Counted from the first letter of the stretch, positions 37,795 through 48,408 are shown. The stretch is 64,000 nt of DNA from an uncultured Pseudomonadales bacterium (GCA_964635905.1 CAZWPK010000001.1:155863-219862), one strand, 5' to 3'. A program made the numbers and translations. The notes: generated by a model from the letters alone, not told the origin.

Positions 37795-38271
37795 ATGACT
37801 GAATCCATGTATCGACTTGTAACCGCAACCGCAGTCATTACGGATGAAGATCTGCAGCTTGAATTTATTCGACGTGCTGGGATCCCAAACCCACAAGCGT
37901 CAACCTTGCTCTTGCGTAAGAGACCTGTTGCGCTAGAATTTACCCCGGTTGTGCCAAAAGTAGCTCAAGTTCAAAGAAATGATCCTCAAAGAGGGTGGGT
38001 CAATGATCAACCGGTGTATAGAGTGCCTGATCTATGGATTACCCATCCTGACTATCCTGATTTCAAGGACAGTCTGATTTTTCAGGTACTGACCGGTCAA
38101 CACCAATCTATTTTGGTTCAATTAAGTGTCAGTCATGTGCTAGAAAATATTCAAGCTCAGCTTCGGCAAGAACGAAGTCTTGTAAATAGGAATAGTCTAT
38201 TAGTAAAAGAACAACAAATCCTGTATAAGTACCAATCGTATTTGGCATTCCGCTTCGGACGCCGCAGTTAA
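37795..38271 (+). CDS. Hypothetical protein (paralog of 37288-37773)
   Basis: 158 aa. 'PNPQASTLLLRKR' and 'YRVPDLWITHPDYPDF' align with the upstream ORF. Confidence 0.4.
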   Translation: MTESMYRLVTATAVITDEDLQLEFIRRAGIPNPQASTLLLRKRPVALEFTPVVPKVAQVQRNDPQRGWVNDQPVYRVPDLWITHPDYPDFKDSLIFQVLTGQHQSILVQLSVSHVLENIQAQLRQERSLVNRNSLLVKEQQILYKYQSYLAFRFGRRS

Positions 38272-38282
38272 AAAAGAACCCT

Positions 38283-38666
38283 ATGAAACTTATTGAAGCC
38301 GCTGGACAACGAACACAAAATAAAACATTTAATAGACCGCCCATTACCCATGGATATGCCTTCAACGCACAGCATCAAAAAATTCCATCTGAAATATCTC
38401 AGGCGGATGTCTATCAAGCGATTGCGGATGCTCGGAAAGATGGAACACTAATCCGTTTGGATAAAGGAAAATATGTTTTTGATTACAACAGCTTTTCTTC
38501 ATTGCAAGAACTGATTGCAACGCTGTATCAATTAGAACCAAACTCCGATCGAGAAATTCACTATGTTATTTTGCCCCTTGATCTTAAGGAGGATCAGAAG
38601 GTAGCTCCTTCCCGAAGTCAAGAATTTTGGAACACTGTTCCCACTCTTTCCCGTCCCCGGGATTAG
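38283..38666 (+). CDS. Hypothetical protein
   Basis: 127-aa ORF, 11 nt after the previous gene. Confidence 0.35.
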   Translation: MKLIEAAGQRTQNKTFNRPPITHGYAFNAQHQKIPSEISQADVYQAIADARKDGTLIRLDKGKYVFDYNSFSSLQELIATLYQLEPNSDREIHYVILPLDLKEDQKVAPSRSQEFWNTVPTLSRPRD

Positions 38667-38683
38667 CGAGTACACTGTAGCGT

Positions 38684-39034
38684 ATGGCTTCGCGTGTCTT
38701 TCACAATCTCATTTGGACTAATCATGCGCTCGATCGACTCGAAGAACGCAAACTTTCCCAATCCATTGCCTGGACTGCGTTTCGCTATCCCGACAAGGTC
38801 CTGAAGGGACGCCTCCCAGGTTCCTTTGAATACCAAAAACGCTATCAATCCTCTCTCATTACCCTCATTGCTAAGAAAAATGATCAAGGGGAATGGGTGG
38901 TGCTCTCTGTCTGGATCGATCCACCGCTAGCCGGTACCTGGGATGCCAAGAAGAAAGCCTACTGGAAGGAATATCAAAAAGCCGGATTTTTTGGCAAATG
39001 GTGGGTGATCTTTAAACAAACACTACATATCTAG
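38684..39034 (+). CDS. Small protein resembling DUF4258 family
   Basis: 'NHALDRLEERKLS' near N-terminus (H-A..R..ER pattern). Weak by-eye assignment. Confidence 0.3.
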   Translation: MASRVFHNLIWTNHALDRLEERKLSQSIAWTAFRYPDKVLKGRLPGSFEYQKRYQSSLITLIAKKNDQGEWVVLSVWIDPPLAGTWDAKKKAYWKEYQKAGFFGKWWVIFKQTLHI

Positions 39035-39047
39035 GCATTCTCTTTCT

Positions 39048-39257
39048 ATGAACAGAACTGTATTTAGCTACCAGTGGATAGCCTCCTTTCTTAAACCAAG
39101 CTCACAGGTCTCGGAGCAGCAAATGAAGTCTGCTATTGAGAATAATGTAAAAAAGTTTGGAAAAACCTACGATCTACTATCTGAATATGACAGAAAGAAT
39201 CTTCGAGATCCCGAAGTTTTGGCTAAGCCTTTACAGTTGCAGAATATTTCACTGTAA
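39048..39257 (+). CDS. Hypothetical small protein
   Basis: 69 aa, last gene of the tight 37288-39257 same-strand array. Confidence 0.25.
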   Translation: MNRTVFSYQWIASFLKPSSQVSEQQMKSAIENNVKKFGKTYDLLSEYDRKNLRDPEVLAKPLQLQNISL

Positions 39258-39665
39258 CGCATTTGCAATATTGCTAATGCTATAACAGTAATCATTGCAT
39301 CCTTCTGATATACTATCGCAAGGAAGTGACCATAATCACAAAAAGAATGACGTATTGAATTGGCGTGTGGCCCTAGGTAATTTCTTGGGGAGACGAGGAG
39401 AGGGGCGAATCTTTGAATGAGATTCGCAATCGGACTGAATAGTTGGAAAACCAACGATTCAAGTATCTGCGGGAACCCTCCGGTGCATGAACATCGTTAC
39501 GACGGTCAGTTAAACCTCTTTTGTAAAAAAGAGAACAAAGCTGTCTTCCGGATTCATCTTCTTTTTGATTCGCTTGCTTCTTTCAATAGATCCACTGTTT
39601 AACGTGGCGGTATAACGCTGCAGTTAACTTTGGTGACTTTTTATAGCGCCCTAAGGAGCTAAACT

Positions 39666-41408
39666 ATGTGTGGAATTTTTTGTACCGTGGGAACCAACCC
39701 GACAGCCGCCCAACGCACGCTTGAAGGATTAAAAACTCTAGAATATCGTGGGTATGACAGTTGGGGAGTAGCATTTGCAGACCTTCGTTCTCAAGTGGAA
39801 GTGTATAAACAAGTTGGCAAGATCGGAAAAGCGACGCTTCCAGCGATTCCGGATAACACCATCGCGATTGGACATACCCGTTGGGCAACCCACGGGGGAG
39901 TGACGGTAGAAAATGCCCATCCCCATACCGATTGTTCTGGACGCTTTGCAATCGTGCATAACGGCATTGTGGAAAACTACCAGGAACTCAAAAACGAACT
40001 AACAGCAGTAGGGCACACGTTTACTTCCACGACGGACTCTGAGACCATCGCCCATCTAGTCGAAGAACTTTCCAAGACCGACGCCATCGATCAAGCGGTG
40101 CTGCACACCGCCAAACGCTTACGGGGACTAAACGCCATCATTGTCTTGGATGCAAAAACTCAACGGCTGTATGCAGTTTGCCAAGGATCCCCCTTAGTCG
40201 TTGCCAAGAATGATCAAGGATATCAATTGGCCAGTGATGCGGTCGCCTTCACCGATCCATTAACCCAAGTCCTCTACCTGTCCCCAGGATACATGGTGGA
40301 ACTTTCGCTAGATTTCTGTCGACTCAGTACCATTGACACGAACTCCGAAGAACCCTTAGCCTGGCAACCACTTCCTAAGCTCAATGCCAGTACCCAGTTA
40401 GGCCCACATCCGCATTACCTGATCAAAGAGATCCATGAGCAGCCAGGACTGGTTCGTACCCTAGCCGGAAGTGAAAGTACTCCGATTGCATTCTCTCCTA
40501 GTGGTCGAGTCTTCCTAATCGGTTGTGGAACGGCCTATCATGCCGCATTGCTGGCAACCTACTGGTTTGCCCAAACAGGAAAACTTGCGTCGGCATATAG
40601 CGGCAGTGAGTTCTTTTCGATTCGTCATGTCGTAAGCTCGAAAGATACTGTGATCTTTTATTCCCAGAGTGGAGAGACGATTGATGTGGTTGAACATGCA
40701 CGGTATTTGGCAGAGAAGAAGATTTCCACAATCGCCATCACCAACAACGCCCATTCCTCGCTGGCACGCATCGTACACACCGTCATACCCTTGGACGCCG
40801 GAACTGAGCAATCGGTCTTGGCAACCAAGTCATTCACGCTAATGCTGGCGCATTCCTTGCGATTACTGCACCCCATGGAAACACTCAAAAGTGACTTCCT
40901 GGCTGCAGCCAACGCGATGGACGCGCTCGTTTCGGTTCCAGCCTTGGAACAAACAATCACCCCGGTTGCGAATCTGATCAAGTCGACCCAGCATTTATTT
41001 GTCATCGGACGTGGTGTCTGGTATCCCTTGGCTCTCGAAGCTGCCTTAAAAATAAAAGAGGTGACCTACATCCATGCGGAAGGATTTGCGGGAGGGGAAC
41101 TCAAACATGGAGCAATCGCCCTCATTTCAACGGGAACCCCATGTTTGGTCTTTGTCCCGAACGATGACTCTAGAGAGATCATTCTCTCCAATGCAATGGA
41201 ACTGAAGGCCCGCGGAGCAGTGTTAATTGGAATATCGTCCACCAATGAAGAAATGTTTGATTTCCACATTCCGGTTGCCTGGACCAACCAAGCGGCGCCA
41301 CTGACCGCCATTGTGCCGATGCAGCTGTTGGCTTATCAACTCGCAATTCTCTTGGGACGCGATCCGGATAAACCACGTAACTTAGCAAAATCTGTCACTG
41401 TACGCTAG
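39666..41408 (+). CDS. glmS: Glutamine--fructose-6-phosphate aminotransferase (isomerizing)
   Basis: N-terminal nucleophile 'MCGIFCTVG', GATase-2 'RGYDSWGVA', 'HTRWATHG', two SIS domains, C-terminal 'GELKHGAIALI' and 'LAYQLA..LGRDPDKPRNLAKSVTV'. Confidence 0.9.
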   Translation: MCGIFCTVGTNPTAAQRTLEGLKTLEYRGYDSWGVAFADLRSQVEVYKQVGKIGKATLPAIPDNTIAIGHTRWATHGGVTVENAHPHTDCSGRFAIVHNGIVENYQELKNELTAVGHTFTSTTDSETIAHLVEELSKTDAIDQAVLHTAKRLRGLNAIIVLDAKTQRLYAVCQGSPLVVAKNDQGYQLASDAVAFTDPLTQVLYLSPGYMVELSLDFCRLSTIDTNSEEPLAWQPLPKLNASTQLGPHPHYLIKEIHEQPGLVRTLAGSESTPIAFSPSGRVFLIGCGTAYHAALLATYWFAQTGKLASAYSGSEFFSIRHVVSSKDTVIFYSQSGETIDVVEHARYLAEKKISTIAITNNAHSSLARIVHTVIPLDAGTEQSVLATKSFTLMLAHSLRLLHPMETLKSDFLAAANAMDALVSVPALEQTITPVANLIKSTQHLFVIGRGVWYPLALEAALKIKEVTYIHAEGFAGGELKHGAIALISTGTPCLVFVPNDDSREIILSNAMELKARGAVLIGISSTNEEMFDFHIPVAWTNQAAPLTAIVPMQLLAYQLAILLGRDPDKPRNLAKSVTVR

Positions 41409-41425
41409 GTATATACTAGGGCTTA

Positions 41426-42631
41426 ATGTCGGAACTGTTGCGTTCTACGTTGGGTGACTATGCTCTTTCCCAAGAGTTGTGGGGGGCATGGAGTGGAATT
41501 TTCATCCAGCGTGAAAACAAAACCGCCAGCCCTCCCATGTCCCGACGTGCATTCCTTGGTCTTCTTGCCCAAGCAGGGGTAGCCACCGGAGGACTGCTAG
41601 CCGCGCGTAGCGTGGAAAATTATTCCGTCCCCTGGGAACTTACCGATGACGAACGGCAGCAGTTTATTAACAAAGCCGCGCAATTTCCGGACCAAGAATA
41701 TGGGATCCACCCGGATTTTGAATATCCCAGCCTGGAAGATCCTGATCCAGAGGCTTGGACCAAATCGTCAGATTTTTTGCATGCATTAGAAGGCGATCAT
41801 TTTGCCACCGTATTTGTGGCGTTGCAGGATTGTGAAATTCCTGTTGCCATGGAAAAGACCCGCCGGCGTATCCACATGATGCTCAAACGCAACATTCGAC
41901 CGCTTATAAGTTTGGGGCTGCGAAAGCGCGGAATGGTAGGACATCCGTTTGACGCAGTGAATGAACGTCAGCTGATCGACTGGATGAAGCGGTGGGCGCA
42001 GTTTCTGCACGGATTTAAAGATGTCCCGATGGATATTCGTTTCTTATTTGAAATGCAGGTTCCACCCTTAAGCTGGGTAACCTATGCGCGATCCTGGAAC
42101 ATGGATGAGCAGTTTCATGCAGAACGTTTTCGCTACCTGCATACCCAGATGTATCACTTCACCCAGACACTGGGAATTAGTAACCTTCGTTTTGTATTGT
42201 GTGGGTCTTCAGCCGGTGGATCCTTACTTCCTTATGTTCCCAATGAAGGAGTAGGTGCTATCGGAACCGACCTGTTTGATTTCTCTGGAGGAAAGACGAA
42301 TCTTTTTGCTGCGTTTAATTTGGTGTTTGGTCTCTCCTATGTCACCCGGGAGGTGGATCGAACCTTGGCAGATGTGCAAGAAGCTTCCATTCTTGCCGGC
42401 AATGTTCCGATGTACTTGTCTGAAATTGGCTCACTAACCCATGATGTTGCCTGGACGGAGTCGGTACTCCTGAAAGCCTTTTCTAAGGGCTTTAACGGTG
42501 CGGGGTGGCTCAATTACAATAAGACGTATACCAATCGGCCCACAGAAACCGATTGGAACGTTACCCCAGAAATTCTTTCGATGTTGGTCAACTTGCAGAA
42601 AGCCATCAACGCACAGCGCGTGCGCAACTAA
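41426..42631 (+). CDS. Hypothetical exported protein with Tat-type signal
   Basis: 'MSRRAFLGLLAQAGVATGGLLAARS' twin-arginine motif S-R-R-x-F-L. Confidence 0.4.
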   Translation: MSELLRSTLGDYALSQELWGAWSGIFIQRENKTASPPMSRRAFLGLLAQAGVATGGLLAARSVENYSVPWELTDDERQQFINKAAQFPDQEYGIHPDFEYPSLEDPDPEAWTKSSDFLHALEGDHFATVFVALQDCEIPVAMEKTRRRIHMMLKRNIRPLISLGLRKRGMVGHPFDAVNERQLIDWMKRWAQFLHGFKDVPMDIRFLFEMQVPPLSWVTYARSWNMDEQFHAERFRYLHTQMYHFTQTLGISNLRFVLCGSSAGGSLLPYVPNEGVGAIGTDLFDFSGGKTNLFAAFNLVFGLSYVTREVDRTLADVQEASILAGNVPMYLSEIGSLTHDVAWTESVLLKAFSKGFNGAGWLNYNKTYTNRPTETDWNVTPEILSMLVNLQKAINAQRVRN

Positions 42632-45261
42632 ATCTTGGAGGGATACACCCGTTTACGAATTTCCTCAACGATAATAATTGTCGCTCCAGTCGCAATACAG
42701 AGTGCCCATTCCGATAACGAGAGGGAAGTAGTGTGGAGGAAACGCTGCATAAAAGGGAGAGAAACCGCACCGATGTGTAGTAGTACGACGGTAAAGGTAG
42801 CTAGCAGAAGCGGCTTATTTCCAAATAGTGGCAAGGTAAACAGCGAGCGATTACTGCGACAGTTCCAGGCATTAAACCACTGGAATGCTGCAAGTGTAGT
42901 CAGAGACATGGTCAGGGCTTTAATGTGATCGCCGCCATCGGATGCAATATAGACTCCGATGGTTCCCGCCATCATCGTCAATCCCAGAATTCCAATTCGA
43001 ATCCAAGCAGCGCGATCAATGAGGGCTGTTTCTGATTTACCCCAATTGCGTTTTAGTAATCCATGTTCGCGTGGCTCCATCGACAGGGCCACATCCAAAA
43101 ATCCGTCTGTTACTAAGTTAAGCCAAATGATTTGCACCGGGAGGAGGGGAGCCGCAAGTCCCAAGAGTAAGGCAACCGCTAAGGTAAGGGCTTCGCCCAC
43201 ACCCGTGGAGAGCAAATAGGAGATCACATGCTTGATGGTTAAGTAGAGTCCACGACCTTCTTTAATTGCAGCGGTGATGCTTTTAAAGTTGTCATCCAGG
43301 AGGACAATATCTGCCGCTTCTTTAGCTACTTCGGTTCCGATCCGTCCCATTGCAATTCCTAAATCTGCTGCCACTAACGATGCCGCATCATTGACCCCAT
43401 CACCGGTCATGGCAATGGTTTCCCCCAACGCGCGATATGCGGTGATCAATCGTAATTTATCTTCCGGAGCGACACGGGCGAACACGGTCGTGGAGCGTAA
43501 ATAGGTTGGCAACTTCTCCTCGGGAATCGAGGACAATTGATCGCCGGTAATGACCCCATCCTCTGGACTATAGATTCCCACACTGGTAGCGATGGCAATC
43601 GCGGTATTGGGATGATCTCCCGTAATCATGACCACGCGAATTCCAGCTGCTTTTGCCAGTCCAATTGCTTCTTTTGCTTCAGGATGAATCGTATCTTGCA
43701 TGGCAACAATGGCCAGTAATGAGAGGTGGTCGAGTGTTTTGTGACTGGCTTGAAGTCTAGACGACTTCGTGGCAATTGCCACACAGCGTAACCCTTGGGA
43801 GGTGAGTTTCTCCATGGATTCTTCTAATCGACGTTGTTCAGTTTGGGTGAGGGCACAATGCGATAACACACGCTCGGGGGCTCCGATCAGTGCCGTGATG
43901 AAACATCCATCTTGATCAAAGACATGGGTGGAATATTTGGTGGAGTAATCGAAGGGAACATGCGAAATCGATTGCAGTGGAGGGGGCGTTGGGAGTTTGT
44001 GCGCAACCACCAAGAGCGCTCCTTCGGTGGGATCCCCAATTACATTCCAGCGTTTTGTGGTTGAATCTTGAACGACTTGCGCGGAGGCAGCGGCAGATAA
44101 AATCCCTGAAAGTAACGACAATGATTTTTTTTCAGACGCACTTGCTGGGTCTGGGGTCATGGATCCGGTGGGTTGATAGCCTTCTCCAGTGACCGCATAG
44201 GTAGCATCCAAGGTTTGAATTGTGATCACCGCCAATTGATTGAGCGTAATGGTTCCGGTCTTATCGACTGCGATGATACTGGCTTGACCCAATGCTTCGA
44301 CAGCGGCTAATTTTTTGACCAATGCCTGATGTTTGCTCATGCGTGACACACTTTGGGCAAGCACCAAGGTCAAAATGACTGGGAGACCCTCCGGTATTAA
44401 GGAAACAGCCATCGAAATAACGGTAAAAAAGGTTTCCATCCAGGGGCGATTCTTGAATAGAGAAATCGTAAAGAACACCACGCTAAATACCCCAACGGCA
44501 ATCACAATCCCTCTGGAGAGTTCATCCAATTTCCGCTTGAGCGGTACTTGCGTATCGAGCTGCGAGAGTTCCTGGGCAAGCGATCCAATATGAGTGTTGG
44601 TCCCAGTGGCCACGACGATTGCCGTTGCCATCCCGGAAGAAACATACGTTCCACTAAAGATCATGTTTTTACGATCAGCGACTGGGAGTTTTTCGACATC
44701 CAATTTGTCGGTGGTTTTGTGGATGGGATACGATTCTCCGGTTAATGATGATTCATCCACAGAGAATCGATTGATCGAAAGCAAGCGACAGTCCGCGGCA
44801 ACTTTTTCTCCTTCTCGTAACACAATCACATCACCGGGAACCAGCCGCGTGGAATCAATCGTTTGTGGTTCTGATTGGCGGAGTACCGTGGCGGTGGTTC
44901 CGGATAACTGACGTAAGGATTCCAAGGTCTTTTGCGCTTTGCCTTCTTGAAACGTGCCAATGAGGGCATTAAAGAGCAACACGATCCCAATAATGATGCT
45001 GTCCAAGTGCTCTCCAAAAAGTGCCATGAGCACGGCACTTCCCAGTAAGACCAAAATCAAGGGTGAGGCAAACTGTGAGGCAAACACCACCCATAAAGGT
45101 TTACTGGGGCTCCCAGGCAGGCGATTTTCCCCGAACTCGGATAGCCGGCGTTTGGCTTCCGCAGCCGAAAGCCCATCCGGGGCTGATTCTAAATGCGCAA
45201 CGACCGCATCACTTGATACCGAGTGCCAAGATACTAGGGTGCGAAGCGTACCAGGTTGCAT
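42628..45261 (-). CDS. P-type cation-transporting ATPase (type II, Ca2+/Mg2+-like)
   Basis: 'AVDKTGTITLN' (DKTGT phosphorylation site), 'MTGDGVNDAASL', 'TGES'-region, 10 TM segments. 877 aa. Confidence 0.85.
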   Translation of the reverse strand: MQPGTLRTLVSWHSVSSDAVVAHLESAPDGLSAAEAKRRLSEFGENRLPGSPSKPLWVVFASQFASPLILVLLGSAVLMALFGEHLDSIIIGIVLLFNALIGTFQEGKAQKTLESLRQLSGTTATVLRQSEPQTIDSTRLVPGDVIVLREGEKVAADCRLLSINRFSVDESSLTGESYPIHKTTDKLDVEKLPVADRKNMIFSGTYVSSGMATAIVVATGTNTHIGSLAQELSQLDTQVPLKRKLDELSRGIVIAVGVFSVVFFTISLFKNRPWMETFFTVISMAVSLIPEGLPVILTLVLAQSVSRMSKHQALVKKLAAVEALGQASIIAVDKTGTITLNQLAVITIQTLDATYAVTGEGYQPTGSMTPDPASASEKKSLSLLSGILSAAASAQVVQDSTTKRWNVIGDPTEGALLVVAHKLPTPPPLQSISHVPFDYSTKYSTHVFDQDGCFITALIGAPERVLSHCALTQTEQRRLEESMEKLTSQGLRCVAIATKSSRLQASHKTLDHLSLLAIVAMQDTIHPEAKEAIGLAKAAGIRVVMITGDHPNTAIAIATSVGIYSPEDGVITGDQLSSIPEEKLPTYLRSTTVFARVAPEDKLRLITAYRALGETIAMTGDGVNDAASLVAADLGIAMGRIGTEVAKEAADIVLLDDNFKSITAAIKEGRGLYLTIKHVISYLLSTGVGEALTLAVALLLGLAAPLLPVQIIWLNLVTDGFLDVALSMEPREHGLLKRNWGKSETALIDRAAWIRIGILGLTMMAGTIGVYIASDGGDHIKALTMSLTTLAAFQWFNAWNCRSNRSLFTLPLFGNKPLLLATFTVVLLHIGAVSLPFMQRFLHTTSLSLSEWALCIATGATIIIVEEIRKRVYPSKI

Positions 45262-45373
45262 GCTCTCTAGCCTAGCAGATGGACACCCCAGGTGACTAGA
45301 GGAAATCGTTCGTACAACATCTACTCAAGAAACCAATTTTTACTGTTGTAGTCATCCAAATCAAGCTGCTAGG

Positions 45374-47137
45374 ATGGGGGGTATGGCAGAAAAAAAAGAA
45401 CACGGACTTCTAGACGCATTTTCCTCCACGGCGATTGCAGGCAATGATATTTTGTCGTCGTGTTTGTATGTGTGTGGAATCGCGATTATTTTCGCGGGTG
45501 TTTGGGCACCGCTCGTCTTCGTTGTGATTGGGCTGGTGCTCTATCTGTATAAGCACGTGTATACCGAAGTGGTCGAAGCACTCCCTCTAAATGGCGGAGC
45601 CTACAACTGTCTACTCAATGCCTCCACGAAATCCCTCGCAGCAGTCGCGGGCGTGATGACCACGCTTTCGTATGTTGCTACCAGTGTGATCTCTGCAAAA
45701 ACTGCTTCTGAATATGTGCACACGGTTTGGCACGGATTACCAGTGCTGCCAATGACAGCCGGGATCATCGTCTTTTTTGCAATTCTGGTGATTTTGGGAG
45801 TAAAAGATAGTGCCAAGGTTGCCAAAGGAATCTTTACTCTACATATCTTTACCTTGACACTCTTTGTAACCATTGGAGTTTTGGGGATCATTAATAACGG
45901 TGTCGGTTTTCTAGCGGAAGGATTCTTTAAAACGCAGGAATTATTTGCACAGGAAGGCGCCGCAAAGATGTTGTTCTTTGCATTTTCAGCATCGCTGCTA
46001 GGAGTCTCAGGATTTGAAAGCAGTGCCAACTTTGTTGAAGAACAAGCTCCGGGCGTGTTTCGAAAAACACTCAAAAGCATGCTTCTAGGAGTTGTGCTGT
46101 TTAATCCCCTGATTACCATCGTGGTGTTACAGTCGTTAGACTTACACACCATTGCCCAAGTCAAAGACTTTGTCCTAGCCGATAGCGCGCTCCAAATTGG
46201 AGGTGTGGGCCTAAAATACCTCGTGGTTGCGGATGCTTTCCTAGTGCTTTCCGGTGCGGTCCTTGCCTCCTTTGTGGGAGCCTCCGGACTACTCTATCGA
46301 ATGACCTTAGATCATTGTTTGCCCAGTACAATCTTGTTACCTAAGTTGCGCTCTCGGAATCAAAATACCACACGAATTATCGTGGCCTTTGCACTTTTAT
46401 GTCTCTCGATCCTATTTGTTACCAAAGGGGCGCTCTTGTCCCTAGCAGGGGTCTATACTATTAGTTTCTTGGGAGTTATGACGCTGTTTGCCTTTGGAAA
46501 TGTGATCTTGCGAATGACACGACCGGATCTAAAACGCACGTATCGCGGACCATTGTTGTATGCCTTTATTGCAGCTGCAGCAACTGGGGCGGGAATTGTA
46601 GGGAATATCTTAATTGATCCCAAAAATCTTGTTTACTTTCTAACCTACTTTATCCCGGCGATCGCGCTCGTGATGACTATGATTTTTCGCGACTATGTAC
46701 TGGAAGCGATTCTGCATGCCGTGGAGCAATTCCCATTGCTGCATAACCGAGTGCGTCCCTGGTTTGAGCACGTAATTCGCCCAAGGATCATCTTATTTGC
46801 CCATCATCCGCATAAGCTGTATCACTCGTTAGAATACATCCGCAAAAATGAAACAAGTCGGAACATTACCGTCGTCTTTTGCAAGGAATCCGGCGAACGC
46901 AGTGAAGTGTTGCTTTCAAAGTTTGAGCAGTATATCGCAACGTTCAAAGAGGCCAGTGTGTTTGAAAATTTGTCGATCTCACTTGTCGTTGAAGAGCAAC
47001 AAACCTTTGGGCCAGAAGTAGTCAAAGCCTATGCCAATCGCTATCGTATTCAACGGAATAATGTCTTTATCGGCTCCATTCATGATTCCCATGACTTTAG
47101 CTTCGAACAGCTTGGGGGAGTGCGGATCATCCAATAG
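45374..47137 (+). CDS. APC-family amino acid/polyamine permease with C-terminal cytoplasmic extension
   Basis: ~12 TM segments, then ~140-aa soluble tail. Confidence 0.65.
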   Translation: MGGMAEKKEHGLLDAFSSTAIAGNDILSSCLYVCGIAIIFAGVWAPLVFVVIGLVLYLYKHVYTEVVEALPLNGGAYNCLLNASTKSLAAVAGVMTTLSYVATSVISAKTASEYVHTVWHGLPVLPMTAGIIVFFAILVILGVKDSAKVAKGIFTLHIFTLTLFVTIGVLGIINNGVGFLAEGFFKTQELFAQEGAAKMLFFAFSASLLGVSGFESSANFVEEQAPGVFRKTLKSMLLGVVLFNPLITIVVLQSLDLHTIAQVKDFVLADSALQIGGVGLKYLVVADAFLVLSGAVLASFVGASGLLYRMTLDHCLPSTILLPKLRSRNQNTTRIIVAFALLCLSILFVTKGALLSLAGVYTISFLGVMTLFAFGNVILRMTRPDLKRTYRGPLLYAFIAAAATGAGIVGNILIDPKNLVYFLTYFIPAIALVMTMIFRDYVLEAILHAVEQFPLLHNRVRPWFEHVIRPRIILFAHHPHKLYHSLEYIRKNETSRNITVVFCKESGERSEVLLSKFEQYIATFKEASVFENLSISLVVEEQQTFGPEVVKAYANRYRIQRNNVFIGSIHDSHDFSFEQLGGVRIIQ

Positions 47138-47506
47138 TTATTGACGAATGTTGGGTGGAAGCTTACTTAACGAGGTTTTTAGCTGTTCTGTGAAGATGCC
47201 ACTGATCGCACGGACCCACTCTTCAAGACTTCTATAATCGTGCTCAGTTCCGTTCTGGTCCACTTGGGGAACCTGAGACTTTGATAGCGAAATCGTCCAT
47301 TGGTTGACGACGGCTACAGCAATCCTTTTTTCTCGCATGGTCTTCTCATTGAGACGGGTCACCCAGGTAATGTATTCGTTAAATTGGACTAACTCAGTGG
47401 CAGTAATCGCCGGTGTATCAATAGATCCACGATGCGCGATAGAGTCGCGAAGACGAGCCTCTCGTTGTTTGCCGCTAGGAGCTAGCACGTCAATACGTGT
47501 CATAGG
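47138..47506 (-). CDS. Hypothetical protein
   Basis: Start trimmed to 'MTRIDVLAPS' to avoid overlap with the M50 peptidase gene. Confidence 0.3.
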   Translation of the reverse strand, partial: PMTRIDVLAPSGKQREARLRDSIAHRGSIDTPAITATELVQFNEYITWVTRLNEKTMREKRIAVAVVNQWTISLSKSQVPQVDQNGTEHDYRSLEEWVRAISGIFTEQLKTSLSKLPPNIRQ

Positions 47507-48117
47507 AGGATCTTTAAAATAGCTGTAATAATTGGTGAAAGCAATGAGCTGGCTGCAGAGGTGCCATTCCAGGGAACAATCAAAAAGATCAATATCAGAG
47601 TGCCATACTGATGCAACAGGGCATCCCATTCTGTGGCAACGGATTTTGGTGCGAGTCCAATCAGAATCTTGCCCCCATCTAAAGGATGAACGGGAATCAA
47701 GTTAAACATAGCCAGCCCCACGTTAGTGTAGACCGTAATCATGATTGCCTCCGCAACGACTGCGGGCAAGGGAAGCGCATGAAATGCTAGCGATAAGAGG
47801 ACTGCTAAGATTAAGTTGCTTGCGGGACCGGCGGCTGCAATCAGCGCTGAATCCCGCTTGGGGTTTTGGAGGTTGTAGGGGTCAAAAGGTACCGGTTTTC
47901 CCCATCCTAGACCCACAAACAGTAGTGCCAGTGTTCCCAACGGATCCAAATGAACCAGGGGATTTAAGGATAATCGTCCTTGTAATCTGGCCGTAGGATC
48001 CCCCAGGCGATCCGCCATGAAGGCGTGCGCAAACTCATGAATGGTCAAGGTGACGATCAGAGCTCCTGCTACGAGGATAAACTCGAAGGGGTTTTCGGTC
48101 AGTAGTCGTAATAACAT
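47500..48117 (-). CDS. Site-2 protease family (peptidase M50) membrane metalloprotease
   Basis: 'LTIHEFAHAFMA' HExxH in TM helix, 'NLIPVHPLDGGKIL' LDG motif. Confidence 0.7.
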   Translation of the reverse strand: MLLRLLTENPFEFILVAGALIVTLTIHEFAHAFMADRLGDPTARLQGRLSLNPLVHLDPLGTLALLFVGLGWGKPVPFDPYNLQNPKRDSALIAAAGPASNLILAVLLSLAFHALPLPAVVAEAIMITVYTNVGLAMFNLIPVHPLDGGKILIGLAPKSVATEWDALLHQYGTLILIFLIVPWNGTSAASSLLSPIITAILKILL

Positions 48118-48213
48118 CCACCTATCATACCATCTCCAACGCCTTCCCTGAGTAGTTTTTTTGAGGAACTTCTGATAGAATAGCCGTTCAACTGAATTTT
48201 AAGGAAGTCTTGT

Positions 48214-48408
48214 ATGGCAACTCACTGCTTTTTATGTCTGAAAAATGCGGATGTCGGAAATAATGTTTCCCACGCAAAAAACCGAACGAAGCGTCTGCGC
48301 AAACCAAACTTGCATCGTTCAACCTTGTCAATCAACGGCGCAAAAAAGAAAATTTCTTTGTGTACCCGTTGTCTTCGCATGGTTAAAGCCCCTGCAGTCC
48401 AGGCATAA
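48214..48408 (+). CDS. rpmB: 50S ribosomal protein L28
   Basis: 'CFLCLKNADVGNNVSHAKNRTKRLRKPNLH' matches L28 (C...GK....GNN.SHA.N.TKRRF.PNL). AAGGAAG RBS. Confidence 0.8.
   Translation: MATHCFLCLKNADVGNNVSHAKNRTKRLRKPNLHRSTLSINGAKKKISLCTRCLRMVKAPAVQA

Noticed and set aside
42635-45295. A dozen 60-113-aa plus-strand ORFs
   Set aside because: All are antisense to the well-supported 877-aa P-type ATPase gene (DKTGT, TGDGVNDA), so they are spurious.
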